Shown in pieces: positions 29,308 through 39,219 of a stretch of DNA of 57,068 bases. The DNA lies in NCBI GenBank assembly GCA_009693105.1, contig SHXV01000003.1, positions 1 to 57,068 of the forward strand. The letters are read 5' to 3'. Under the pieces are notes generated by a model. It did no database searches, was not told where the DNA came from, and saw nothing but the letters and a program-made list of their open reading frames with translations. A program made the position numbers and the translations under genes. Source of the stretch: Dehalococcoidia bacterium (GTDB lineage: Bacteria > Chloroflexota > Dehalococcoidia > SHXV01). How positions within the stretch are numbered: position 1 is the first letter of the stretch; the number at the start of each line of letters is the position of its first letter.

Positions 29308-30460
29308 TTACTCGGCGGTCTGGCGGCGTAGCCGTGCGCCATCCGCCGATGTGCGCCCTGCGGCGGATGCGGGCCGCCGAGGCTGCTGGGCGAACGGGGA
29401 GGCGGGCAGATCCTTTGCTTTCACGGCCGGGATACCGTTCGCTCCCAGCCCGCGGAGGGGAAGGGCGGGACGGGTCCCGGTGCCGTTGCGGGAACCGGCC
29501 TTCGGATCGTGCGCCACCGTCTCTTCCACGATTGCGGCAGCCTGCACGGGGCGCAGCGCGATGGCGCGGAACTGCAGGTAATACCCGCCCACGCTGACGA
29601 ACCAGTTCCAGCACAGCGCCCGATGGATGCGGGGAGCATGATCAGGGCCATGATCATCTTCTCCGCCGGTTCAGCAATGAGGGCCACCAGCTGAAGCGCG
29701 GCGCGCACCAGTTTGAAGGCCCAGCCGAGCACGGTGGTCACCAGCGCGTACACCGTGCTGAGGAAGGAGAACAGGGACCAGCCGGACAGCAGGGCGGCGG
29801 CGCCGACGATGACGGTCAGCACGGCAAGGGAGAGGACGGGTGCGCCCGCATCGATCTCTCCCCGAAGGAAGGTGAATCCCTCCGGGGTCCGGACACCGCG
29901 TCAGAGTCCCACCATGAGGAGGGTGATGAGAGCGCTGATGATGGCCCCGAAGGTAAGCCGTTTCAGCCAGGTCAGCCATGGCTCACCCAGCTCCGCCCAG
30001 GGGCAAGCTTGGTTGTGCCGCTGACGTCCAGCAGAACAAGGCCCCAGAAGGCTACGGAGGAAAGCAGCGTCAGGTTCACGAAGATGTTGGCGTTAGCCGC
30101 AACGATATGGAGCGCCGTGCCGAATGCCCACACTTCCAGCACCAGCGCCATCACCCCGGCCTTCGCGCCGCTGAAGGCGATGAACATACCGAAGAACACG
30201 GCGCTGCCGGCAACCCGCCACCCGCGCCACGTATCTTCGCCTCCGCCAAGCTCATCGAAGGCGCGCTAACGCTGCTCTCCCATCGCTGCGATGAGCGGAT
30301 CGAAGCGGGCGACGAGGAACTGGGCGATACTCCGGAGCGGGTCCCGAACCCAGTCAAGCAAGATCTCGATCGGGTTCATGAGGGCGGCCAGAATGATAAG
30401 GCAGAGGAGAGCGGCGGCGACGAATTTCAGGGCGTTAACTACATCAAAACTCGCACAGCA
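29308..30460 (-). pseudogene. Disrupted multi-pass membrane protein of unknown family
   Basis: A continuous hydrophobic reading is broken by TAG (30266-30268), TGA (29901-29903) and frameshifts near 30000 and 29610; start uncertain. Confidence 0.55.
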
Positions 30461-30493
30461 AACTCGGATGACGCAAGAGTGAAGCGGAATGGC

Positions 30494-31612
30494 CTATGGG
30501 AGCGTAACCGTAATGTGGCGCGCGCTGAAAATCCAGTACACCCCCCACGCTTCCAGCTTAGTCAGGGTGGATGCGGCGGGAAGGGCGACAAGGTAGTACC
30601 GCCAGCCGGTGTCGCCATCCCAGCCGTACACAGCGGTCAGCGCGTCATCCAGCAGCTCCTGCAGCGCGGCCGCACTGAGCGCGCCACCGGCGTAGGCGAT
30701 CAGGTTGCTGCCGGAGGACAACGTCAGCGTCCGGAGCGGAGCCTGTGGGGGGGTTCCGGGCAACAGTGTCCCTGCGCCATCGCTGATCAGCCAATAGGCA
30801 CGGAAGGGCTGGAGCAGGCGCAGATCGCCCGCCTCCACGCCGGCGATGTCGTATCGCCATCGCCCGGCTACAGCGTCCCACTCGTAGACGGCACGGTACC
30901 CGGCGAGCCCGGCGAAGGCGTCCCGCGGGGAAGCGGGTGGACCAAAATAGACGATAGTATTTGCGCCGGCTCGAATCGGCTGGGCCGGGTAGACGGCGGC
31001 AGCGGGCGCCGGAGCCGGGCTCGGCGCGCCGGGAGCCGTGACCACCGGCAGCAGGGAGAGCAGATCAACGCCGGTGTAGTCCTTCCCGGCCGGGAACGCT
31101 AGGCCGGACAGCGCGTTCGTATCGGTGAACGGCACGGCGGTGCGCCGCGTTCGGTCGGCCCCAGAGCTGGGGTCGGTGTAGAGCGCCAGATGGATGTGAT
31201 CCATTCCGCCGTTAAGGCGGCGGCCGGGCGCCGCGACGGTGCCGATAGTGGCGCCGGCGCTGATCGGGTCGCCGCTATCGAGCGAAGGCTGCAGCTCGAG
31301 GTGGCAGATGCTGAGGAAAAGCGCATCGCGGGCTAGGGCGATACTGACACACCCGTAGGCGTCATCGAACCAGGCGATCCGCCCGGAGACGGGGGCGACG
31401 ATCGTGTGACCGGCGGCGCCGTCGTGACGGGCGAGGTCAAGCGCGTAGCGCTCGTAGCCGCCGTGGGTTCCCTGATCGTACCCCTGCTGCACGTACCAGC
31501 CGTTGAGCGGGTTGAAGGGGAACCGGAGTGCGTCCCCCGCGCCGGCGCCCTGCGCCCCGCCCGAGGACAGGACCGCCAGCGCCAGGACAGAAATGAAGAA
31601 GAGCGGCAGCAT
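30494..31612 (-). CDS. Exported M23-family metallopeptidase with C-terminal repeats
   Basis: Signal peptide; THGGYERYALD, APVSG, ICH, DHIHL; two C-terminal AVYxWD...W repeats. Confidence 0.75.
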   Translation of the reverse strand: MLPLFFISVLALAVLSSGGAQGAGAGDALRFPFNPLNGWYVQQGYDQGTHGGYERYALDLARHDGAAGHTIVAPVSGRIAWFDDAYGCVSIALARDALFLSICHLELQPSLDSGDPISAGATIGTVAAPGRRLNGGMDHIHLALYTDPSSGADRTRRTAVPFTDTNALSGLAFPAGKDYTGVDLLSLLPVVTAPGAPSPAPAPAAAVYPAQPIRAGANTIVYFGPPASPRDAFAGLAGYRAVYEWDAVAGRWRYDIAGVEAGDLRLLQPFRAYWLISDGAGTLLPGTPPQAPLRTLTLSSGSNLIAYAGGALSAAALQELLDDALTAVYGWDGDTGWRYYLVALPAASTLTKLEAWGVYWIFSARHITVTLP

Positions 31613-31780
31613 TCGCCGCGCCAATGTTCGCAATGGCCAGACCTCGGAACACGGGCGGCTCCCATCGCCGCCTTCGCTCACCACTGTAGTGGGCCGCACA
31701 GGGGAGCGGCAACCCGGGACGACCGGGAGGGGACAGCTATGCTAAACTGAACCCGAAGAATCCAGCGTTGGGAGGCACCT

Positions 31781-32116
31781 GTGGCCACGAAGAATGACCT
31801 TGAACCGTTCACCCGGATCTCGGTGGACGAAGCGGAAGAAATGCTGAAGGAGGACGATGTCGCGCTGATCGACGTGCGTGACCCGCACGAGTTCGAGGGC
31901 GGGCACGTCAACGGGGCGGCGCTGATCCCGGTCAATTCGGTGTACGCGCGGCGGGAGGAGCTTCCTAGCGGCAAGCGACTGCTCTTCGTTTGCGCGCGGG
32001 GGCAGCGCAGCGCCCTTGCGGCGGAGATGGCGGCGGCGGCGGGCCGGACTGAGCTGTACAACGTCGAGGGAGGCATGGAAGCATGGGCCTCCGCCGGCAA
32101 GCCGGTCGAGCGCTAG
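31781..32116 (+). CDS. Single-domain rhodanese
   Basis: IDVRDPHEF..GHV.GA, active site CARGQRS, GGMEAW; GGAGG RBS. Confidence 0.92.
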   Translation: MATKNDLEPFTRISVDEAEEMLKEDDVALIDVRDPHEFEGGHVNGAALIPVNSVYARREELPSGKRLLFVCARGQRSALAAEMAAAAGRTELYNVEGGMEAWASAGKPVER

Positions 32117-32182
32117 GTCAATCGTGGCAGGTGGAAACGGAGGCCCGGCCGTGTGGACGGGCCTTTTCACGCCGGAGGCGCA

Positions 32183-32872
32183 GTGAAGGGGAGCCTTGTC
32201 CTCTTCGATATCGATAACACCCTGCTCAACACAGGCGGAGCGGGGCGCATAGCCATGGAACGCGCCTTCGCCGATGTCTTTGCCGTGGATGGCGCCCTGG
32301 CCGGGGTGGAGTTCCAGGGGCATACCGATCGCTCCGTCTACCTCCATACGCTGGGACTGCACGGCCTCCCCGACGGAGGCGCCGATGTTTACCAGACGTT
32401 TGTCGATCGCTACCACGCCCTGCTCTCCCGGTACCTGCCGTTGCACCAGGGCCACCTCAAGCCCGGCGTTCCCGCGCTCCTCCACCTGCTTCGGGACGCG
32501 GGGGCGCTGCTCTCCCTCCAGACGGGGAACTTCCGGGAGGGGGCAGGGCAGAAGTTGGAGCATTACGGGATCGCCCGGCACTTTGAGGGCGGCGGTTTTG
32601 GGGATAACCTCGCCGATCGGCCGGCGCTGGTGCGGGAGGCGATGCGCCAGTTCCGCGGTCGCTTCAGCGGGCCGGTTTACGTCATCGGGGACACGCCGGC
32701 GGACATGATCAGCGCACGTGCCAACGGCGCCTTCGCCATCGGCGTCGCCACGGGGGAGCATCGCCGGGACGAGCTGACGGCCGCGGACGCCGACCTAGTG
32801 TTCTCCGATATGGCGGATGTGGCGGCGACCATGGCGGCGCTGACCGCGCTTGCGGCTCCGGCGGCCCGCTAG
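32183..32872 (+). CDS. HAD-family phosphatase
   Basis: FDIDNTL motif I, TGN, IGDTPADM; GGAGG RBS before the GTG start. Confidence 0.9.
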   Translation: MKGSLVLFDIDNTLLNTGGAGRIAMERAFADVFAVDGALAGVEFQGHTDRSVYLHTLGLHGLPDGGADVYQTFVDRYHALLSRYLPLHQGHLKPGVPALLHLLRDAGALLSLQTGNFREGAGQKLEHYGIARHFEGGGFGDNLADRPALVREAMRQFRGRFSGPVYVIGDTPADMISARANGAFAIGVATGEHRRDELTAADADLVFSDMADVAATMAALTALAAPAAR

Positions 32873-33684
32873 TTTGGCCTGGAGTCCCGGAACAGCCGAA
32901 CCGCCTGGTGGACGGCGAGGTAATCGAACTGCTCCTCCCGTACCAGCTGCTCCAGGCAGTGGCAGCGAGCATCCAGGCGCGCCCGCACCACGTCCGCATC
33001 ACCGCCGATGAGCGCGGCCACGGCGTCCACTGCGCCTGAGGTTAGGACGAAGGCGGGATCGAGGGGGGCGCGTTCACCGATGCGCTTGATGCGATAGCCG
33101 GCGGAGGGGTCGGGCGTGATGAGCGCAAGCTCGCAGGCCTGGCGTTCAGGCTCCCGCCCGTGCAGCCGCAGCCGCAGGGACAGCACGACGCCCAGGCTCC
33201 CGAGGTGAGCGCGATCGACGCCGGCATCGCCGGCCAGCAGCGCCAGCGTCTCCTGTGCATCGCGGGCGTGCATGGTGGAGGCCAGCGCATAGCCCTGCGC
33301 CACCAGCGCGAAGGCGCGCTGCGCCGGCTTTCCCCACGTGTAGATCGGGAGGTGGTCGCTCAGCTCACTGATCATGAGGTAGGTCGGCACCCCCGGGGTC
33401 AGGGGCGGCACATCGAATTCCTCGTCCGCTCCCCGGCTGAAGTAGCCAACGGCGTCATCGCGGACAAAGCTGAGAAGGGCGGTGAGCGTCGTCGTCTTTC
33501 CCGCCTGTTGCGGCGGCGAGGAGACGATGATGGAGCGGCCGTGTTCCAGCAAGAGCCAGAGGACGGCGGCAAGCTCAGTGGACAGGCTGCCGACGGCGAT
33601 GAGGCGGGTGACGGAGAGCGGCCCCGGCTGATTCTGCCAGCCGTGCCAGCCCCACCATGCGCCGGGGTCGTTGTAGGTAAGCAT
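32869..33684 (-). CDS. Small P-loop NTPase related to the VirB11/CpaF C-terminal domain
   Basis: LWLLLEHGRSIIVSSPPQQAGKTTTLTALL and STMHA motifs. Confidence 0.7.
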   Translation of the reverse strand: MLTYNDPGAWWGWHGWQNQPGPLSVTRLIAVGSLSTELAAVLWLLLEHGRSIIVSSPPQQAGKTTTLTALLSFVRDDAVGYFSRGADEEFDVPPLTPGVPTYLMISELSDHLPIYTWGKPAQRAFALVAQGYALASTMHARDAQETLALLAGDAGVDRAHLGSLGVVLSLRLRLHGREPERQACELALITPDPSAGYRIKRIGERAPLDPAFVLTSGAVDAVAALIGGDADVVRARLDARCHCLEQLVREEQFDYLAVHQAVRLFRDSRPN

Positions 33685-33720
33685 CCGGCTTCTCTCCAGA
33701 GACCGCCATGATAGCACCCT

Positions 33721-34950
33721 TCACCAGATCACCCGCGCCGCTTCCAGGCGGGCGATCTCCTCGCCGGACAGGCCGAGCAGGCCGCCGAACACGCGCTCGT
33801 TATCGGCGCCCAGCCGGGGGGCGGCCCGCCGGAACGTGGGCGACGTGACGCTGAACAACGCCGGGGAACCGTCGCTGCGGACGCTGCCGCCTTCTTCCGC
33901 CGGTACGTCGACGAAGAAGCGGCGATGGCGAAGCTGGGGGTCGCGCTCCACCAGGTCATCGGCCAGTTGCACCGCGCCTGCGGGGATGCCGGCGGCCTGG
34001 AGCGCCGCCATCGCCGCTTCCGGCGTGCGCGAGCGTGTCCAGGTGGCGATGCGCCCATCGATCATCGCGGCGCCGGCCAGCCGTCCGGCGAGGGAGGCCA
34101 GCGCGGGTTCGCCGCCCAGCGCTTCGTCGCCCAGCACGGCGCACAGGCGGGCCCACGTCTCGTCGTCGGGGACGGCGATGGCCAGCCAGCGGTCAGCGCC
34201 GCAGCAGGGGTAGACGCCGCGCGGCGCCGCCTCGCCGTACGGCGCCCGGTTGCCCGCCGGCTCAGCGATGTGGCCGTTCACCGTGGCGTCCAGAAGGGCG
34301 GGTCCGAGCGTGGCAGCCAGCGCCTCCAGCTGAGAAACGTCCACGTGCTGGCCCTGGCCGGCGGGGCCGGTGGCGTCGCGCTGGTGCAGCGCCGCCACGA
34401 CCGCCAGGGCCGCGGTGGACCCAGCCACATGATCGGCGTAGGGATAGCCGGGACCGGCGGGCGGGCCGCCGGGCTCCGCGGTCAGCGCCGTCAGCCCGGC
34501 GAGCGCCTGAAGCGTGGGGCCAAAACTAACGTAGTCCTTCCAGGGGCCGCTGTGCCCCATGCCAGACAGCGACAACAGGACGATGTCCGGCCGCACGACG
34601 CGGAGCGCCTCGTAGCCGATGCCCCAGTTTTCGAGGACACGGGCACTGAAGTTCTCGATCACCACATCGCAGCGGGCGATAAGCCGGCGAAGGAGCGCTC
34701 GCCCCTCTTCCGTACTCAGGTTCAGGGTAAGGCCCAGCTTGTTCCGGTTCCAGGTCCGATAATAGGGGTCATCCGCATCCTCCTCCCGCACTCCCGTGGC
34801 GCGGGACTGGACCTTGATCACTTCCGCGCCCAGGTCCGCCAGCATCCGCGTGCAGTAGGGGCCGGCCAGCACCCAGGTGAGGTCCAACACGCGCACGCCG
34901 GTCAGCGGGCCGTCAGCGAGCGTGGCGGCCGGCTTCGCCGGCCCTACCAC
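33721..34950 (-). CDS. Family III CoA-transferase (Asp-containing subunit)
   Basis: LAGPYCTRMLADLGAEVIKV, NRNK, YADHVAG. Confidence 0.92.
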   Translation of the reverse strand: MVGPAKPAATLADGPLTGVRVLDLTWVLAGPYCTRMLADLGAEVIKVQSRATGVREEDADDPYYRTWNRNKLGLTLNLSTEEGRALLRRLIARCDVVIENFSARVLENWGIGYEALRVVRPDIVLLSLSGMGHSGPWKDYVSFGPTLQALAGLTALTAEPGGPPAGPGYPYADHVAGSTAALAVVAALHQRDATGPAGQGQHVDVSQLEALAATLGPALLDATVNGHIAEPAGNRAPYGEAAPRGVYPCCGADRWLAIAVPDDETWARLCAVLGDEALGGEPALASLAGRLAGAAMIDGRIATWTRSRTPEAAMAALQAAGIPAGAVQLADDLVERDPQLRHRRFFVDVPAEEGGSVRSDGSPALFSVTSPTFRRAAPRLGADNERVFGGLLGLSGEEIARLEAARVIW

Positions 34951-36056
34951 GAGGCGTTCTCCATGCCGCGCAGGTGGAAAGGCGGGCCGGGAACCTCCAT
35001 CGTGCCGCCGCGGCGGTCCACCGCCGGGCGGAAGAAGCCCCGGGACCGGAGCTGCGGATTCGTCAAGAGCGCCTCGAGCCCTCGCACGGGGGCGAAGGGG
35101 AAGCGGCGGACTTGCCCCTCCGCGAAGAGCTGGTCGGTCCGTTTCGTCGCGGCCCAGCGGCCCAGCACGGCGAGCAGGCGGGGCAGGTCCGCCTCCCGCG
35201 CCGCTTGCTCGCGGTAGCGGGGCGCGGACAGCCCTTCCGCCATTCCATCCGCTTCTAGCCAGGCGACCAGCTCATTCCACTGGTAGTGGAGGGAGAGCGC
35301 GACGTACCCATCGGCGGCGCGGAAGACATCGAAGGCGCCGTTCCAGTAGCGCGTACCCTGCCGCTTCGTCACGACGCCGTCCGCGAGGTAGCGCCCGAGG
35401 GCGCGGTCGAGCGAAGCAGCGACGCACGCCTCCGCGCTGATGTCGATGTACTGCCCGTGCCCGGACAGGCGGGCAGCGCGCAGCGCCGCGATGGCGTTGA
35501 AGGCGGCGTGCGTCCCCGTGAGCTGATATGCCGGCTGCCCGAAGATGACCAGCGGGGGCCGATGAGGCGTCCCCGTCAGGCCCAGCATGCCCCCCAGGGC
35601 GGCGAGCACGAGGTCATCCGCCGCGTAGCCGGACCAGGGACCAGAGCGGCCAAACGGGCTAATCGAAACGTAGACCAACGCCGGGTTACGATCGCTGAGA
35701 TCGACATACCCCAGGCCACAGCGGTCGAGCGCATGCGTGGGCTGACTCTCCACCAGCAGGTGCGCCCGCGCCACCGTCCCGAGGACGAGTGCGCGCCCGC
35801 CACTCGTGTCCAGATCGGCGACGAGGGTGCGCTTGCCGCCGTTTACGGAGCGGTAGACCAGGCTGGATTCGCGGCCGGCATCGCCCCGAGTGAAGGGCGG
35901 GCGGTGACGCAGGGGGTCGCCGCCTGGCGGCTCGATGCGCAGGACATCGGCACCCAGGCCGGCGAGGAGCCGGGTGGCGTACGCGCCCAGCTCCCGGGTC
36001 AGGTCCAGCACCAGGACGCCGTCAAGCGGTGTGGGGCCGGGCGGCACAACCATCAT
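34944..36056 (-). CDS. Family III CoA-transferase (partner subunit)
   Basis: LAGLGADVLRIEPPGGD, NGGKR, SISPFGRSGP; stop overlaps the next gene's start. Confidence 0.88.
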   Translation of the reverse strand: MMVVPPGPTPLDGVLVLDLTRELGAYATRLLAGLGADVLRIEPPGGDPLRHRPPFTRGDAGRESSLVYRSVNGGKRTLVADLDTSGGRALVLGTVARAHLLVESQPTHALDRCGLGYVDLSDRNPALVYVSISPFGRSGPWSGYAADDLVLAALGGMLGLTGTPHRPPLVIFGQPAYQLTGTHAAFNAIAALRAARLSGHGQYIDISAEACVAASLDRALGRYLADGVVTKRQGTRYWNGAFDVFRAADGYVALSLHYQWNELVAWLEADGMAEGLSAPRYREQAAREADLPRLLAVLGRWAATKRTDQLFAEGQVRRFPFAPVRGLEALLTNPQLRSRGFFRPAVDRRGGTMEVPGPPFHLRGMENASW

Positions 36057-36081
36057 CACCCTTTCGTAAGCTGCGAATCCT

Positions 36082-36111
36082 TTGACACGGCATCCCGTTC
36101 CCACGTAGAGT
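36082..36111 (+). promoter_or_regulatory. Putative sigma70-type promoter
   Basis: TTGACA-N18-TAGAGT, about 220 nt upstream of asnB. Confidence 0.45.
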
Positions 36112-36330
36112 ACGCCTGCCCGCGCTCCCGGAGAACAGGGCATCCGTGGTTTCGGAGAGGCACACCAGCTTGCCCCTAATCGACCCAGCGGCACCCACCC
36201 TGAGCCCATGGTACCGTACTGAAGCCGGGAGTTCGTTTCGCCTCCCCAATCGTTTCCTTCGCCCCGCATTCGCCCCCTGACAGTTCGCAGCGCATCTGAT
36301 TGCGTCTAACCGGTCCGGAGAGAACCGAGC

Positions 36331-38211
36331 ATGTGTGGCATCGCGGGCATCGTTCACTTCGACGGGCGCTCCCCCTCTTCCGAGACGGTGGAGGGCATGA
36401 TCCGGCTGCTCGCCCATCGCGGGCCGGACGGAGAGCGCACATGGTCCTGCCCGGAGGCGGCGCTGGGGCACGCGCGGCTCCGCATCATCGATCTCAGCCC
36501 GGCGTCCGATCAGCCCTTCCTCAGCGAGGACGGCAAGACCGCGCTGGTGTACAACGGCGAAGTGTACAACTACCGGGAGTTGCGGACGGAGCTCGCCTCC
36601 CGCGGCCACGTCTTTCGCACCGCCGGCGACACGGAGGTCGTGCTCCGCGCCTACGAGGAGTGGGGGATCAACTGTCCCGCTCACCTGAACGGCATGTTCG
36701 CCATCGCGATCTGGGACGGGCGCAAGCGACAGATCTTCCTCAGCCGGGACCGCTTTGGGGAGAAGCCGCTGTTCTACTGGACGGACGGGCGCCGCCTTAT
36801 CTTCGCCTCTGAGATCAAGTCGATCCTCGCCGATAAAGACGTGGGCCGCCAGCCGGACCCCGCGAATCTCCGCCGCTACTTGAGCACCGGTGACATGGAC
36901 ATCGGCGAGTCCACGTTTATCGCCGGCATCGCCGCCGTCCCGGCCTCCCACTCCCTCATCTGGAGCCCCGACGGCACCCGCCGCCGCGCACGCTACTGGT
37001 CGCCGCGCCGCCCCGGCCACAACGACGGCGCCGCCAGCGGCTCCAGCCACCGCACAGAGCAGTTCCGCGAGCTGCTAGAGGACGCCGTGCGCCTACGCCT
37101 CCGCAGCGATGTGAACGTGGGCACCAGCCTGAGCGGCGGGCTGGATTCCTCCAGCATCATCGGCATGGTGCGCAACCTTTCGGAAAGCGAGGCCGTGCCG
37201 CGTCGCACGTTCTCCGCGCGGTTCCGCGATCATAAATTCGATGAAGGGGAATACATCGCCGCAGCGACGGCATCGGTGCCGGCCTACGCCCATGAGACGT
37301 GGATCGATGCCGACGGCTTCCTCCAGGCGCTACCAGCGCTGCAGTGGGCGCAGGAAGCCCCTTTCGGCGGGACGAGCGTGTACGCCCAGTGGGAGGTGAT
37401 GAGGCTGGCGAAGGAGCACGACACGATCGTGCTGCTGGATGGACAGGGGGCCGATGAGCTGCTGGGCGGCTATACGACCGCTTACGGCATGTACTGGTCC
37501 CATCTCCTCTACCGGGGCCAACTGGTGCGGCTGGGGCGAGAGGTGGCGGCGTATTCCCGTCGCTACGGCTTCTCTTCTGTCACCGCGCTGTACGGCCTGT
37601 ACTACAGCATACCGGAGCGGCTTCGCGCCGCCCTGGCGGAACGCTACTATCGCGCAACCGCCATCATGTCCCCTGACCTGCGCCATGCGCATCGGCCTTC
37701 GGGGCGCAGCCCCGGCCTGCCGGGGCTGCAGCGCTTGCACGGGCTCCTGAGCCAGCAGCTGATGACGACCAGCCTGCCGGAGCTCCTCCGCTATGCCGAT
37801 CGCAACAGCATGGCGTTTTCCCGTGAGGTGCGCCTCCCCTTCCTCGATCATCGGCTGGTGGAGTTCGTGCTGGGGCTGCCCGCAGAGGACCTCATCGGCG
37901 GTGCGGTGACCAAGAAGATCCTGCGGCGGGCGATGCGCGGGCTGGTGCCGGACAAGATTCTGGACCGTAGGGACAAGGTGGGGTTCGCCCCCCCACAGGA
38001 GCGGTGGCTGCGGGGCCCGCTGGCCGGATGGCTGAACGAGACGCTGGGCGCCGCCGAGCAGCGCACGGACATCTTCGATGCGGAAGGCGTCCGCGCGGTG
38101 AGGACGGAGTTCCATGCAGGCGGGCCGGACACGCTCGCCTGGCGGATCGCGTCAACCGAGACGTGGTTCCAGCACTTCTTGGACCGGCGCGTCAGCCCAC
38201 CCCGGGCCTAA
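36331..38211 (+). CDS. asnB: Asparagine synthase (glutamine-hydrolysing) family amidotransferase
   Basis: MCGIAG, HRGPD, NGEVYNY, RDRFGEKPL, SLSGGLDSS, GQGADE, EVRLPFLD. Confidence 0.92.
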   Translation: MCGIAGIVHFDGRSPSSETVEGMIRLLAHRGPDGERTWSCPEAALGHARLRIIDLSPASDQPFLSEDGKTALVYNGEVYNYRELRTELASRGHVFRTAGDTEVVLRAYEEWGINCPAHLNGMFAIAIWDGRKRQIFLSRDRFGEKPLFYWTDGRRLIFASEIKSILADKDVGRQPDPANLRRYLSTGDMDIGESTFIAGIAAVPASHSLIWSPDGTRRRARYWSPRRPGHNDGAASGSSHRTEQFRELLEDAVRLRLRSDVNVGTSLSGGLDSSSIIGMVRNLSESEAVPRRTFSARFRDHKFDEGEYIAAATASVPAYAHETWIDADGFLQALPALQWAQEAPFGGTSVYAQWEVMRLAKEHDTIVLLDGQGADELLGGYTTAYGMYWSHLLYRGQLVRLGREVAAYSRRYGFSSVTALYGLYYSIPERLRAALAERYYRATAIMSPDLRHAHRPSGRSPGLPGLQRLHGLLSQQLMTTSLPELLRYADRNSMAFSREVRLPFLDHRLVEFVLGLPAEDLIGGAVTKKILRRAMRGLVPDKILDRRDKVGFAPPQERWLRGPLAGWLNETLGAAEQRTDIFDAEGVRAVRTEFHAGGPDTLAWRIASTETWFQHFLDRRVSPPRA

Positions 38212-38212
38212 C

Positions 38213-39195
38213 TCACGGCTGGTACAGCCCCAGCTCCGGCCCCGCTACAGCGTGCCCGGAGCGAACGGCCGCCGGTGTGCAGGCGCCGAACAGGCCCGGC
38301 GTCGTCACCACAAAAGCGGGCGCCGGGAGCACGCATAGCAGGTCCTCCCCCAGCGGCAGGGGGAGGACGTATTCGCCGTTCCCGTCCGCACGCGGCTCCA
38401 CCGCACGTCCGCTCCCCCCCCCAGCGCCCACACCAGGGCGCCGGCCATCCCCGCCTCCTGCCTCCCCAAGCGGCCGTTGCTATCGCTATCGCGAAACACG
38501 ATGCCGCTGAGGGAGCCTGGCCGGAAGAAGCCGAAGTCCTGGGAAGCCAGGCCGATGTTCTCCACCACCGCCAAATCGCCGCAGCCGCCACCTCCATCGC
38601 GCAGCAGCCCCTTCACGGGCTCCCAGGGCAGGCGAACGCGGGCGGAGATTATTGCGCAGACACGGAACGTCCCCACGGGCAGTTCCAGCGCAAAGGCGCC
38701 GTCCGGTGCGGTGATGACATCATGCGTTCCATCGCCATTGCCGGACGTGGCGACAACCCGCCATCCGGAAAGGCCGGGCTCCTGCCAGCGACGCCCATCG
38801 CCATCGGTATCGACGAAGACCGTGCCGGTGAGCGTCCCGCAGTGGGCAAGCAGGCAGATGGGGCCGTAGGAGCACGCATCCGATTCGTTTCCGGCCCCCT
38901 CGATGGCGAGGAGCCGGAAATACCAGCGACCGGGCGCCAGGTTCGCCCGAACCTCCGTCAGACCGCCAGAGGAGAAGAATGCATAGGGGCCGCTCGGACT
39001 CACGGACCAGCCGTGGCGATAGCCCGCGACGCCGCTGCCGCTACCGCTCGCCGCGTCCCATCCGATCGTGGCCTCCGCGGCGCTGTCTCCGCAAGTAGTT
39101 GCGATGACGCGTGCGGAGCGCCGTCGGGAGGCTGTAGCGAGTACGCTCAGAATCGTGTTACGCTCTCCGTTACGTGAAGGTGAGCGCGTCCGCAT
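38213..39195 (-). pseudogene. Degenerate surface protein with FN3-like and SdrD-B/Cna-B-like domains
   Basis: GTVFVDTDGDG...EPGLSG...TAPDGAF and GIVFRDSDSNG...EAGMAG; the continuation ADGNGEY is in another frame (38213-38431); no clean signal peptide. Confidence 0.55.
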
Positions 39196-39219
39196 ACACA
39201 GGGAAGAGATGGAAGCCCC

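Noticed and set aside
36331-38211. Lasso-peptide cyclase
   Set aside because: It has an intact Ntn glutaminase domain (MCG), and no precursor, RRE or peptidase genes are adjacent.
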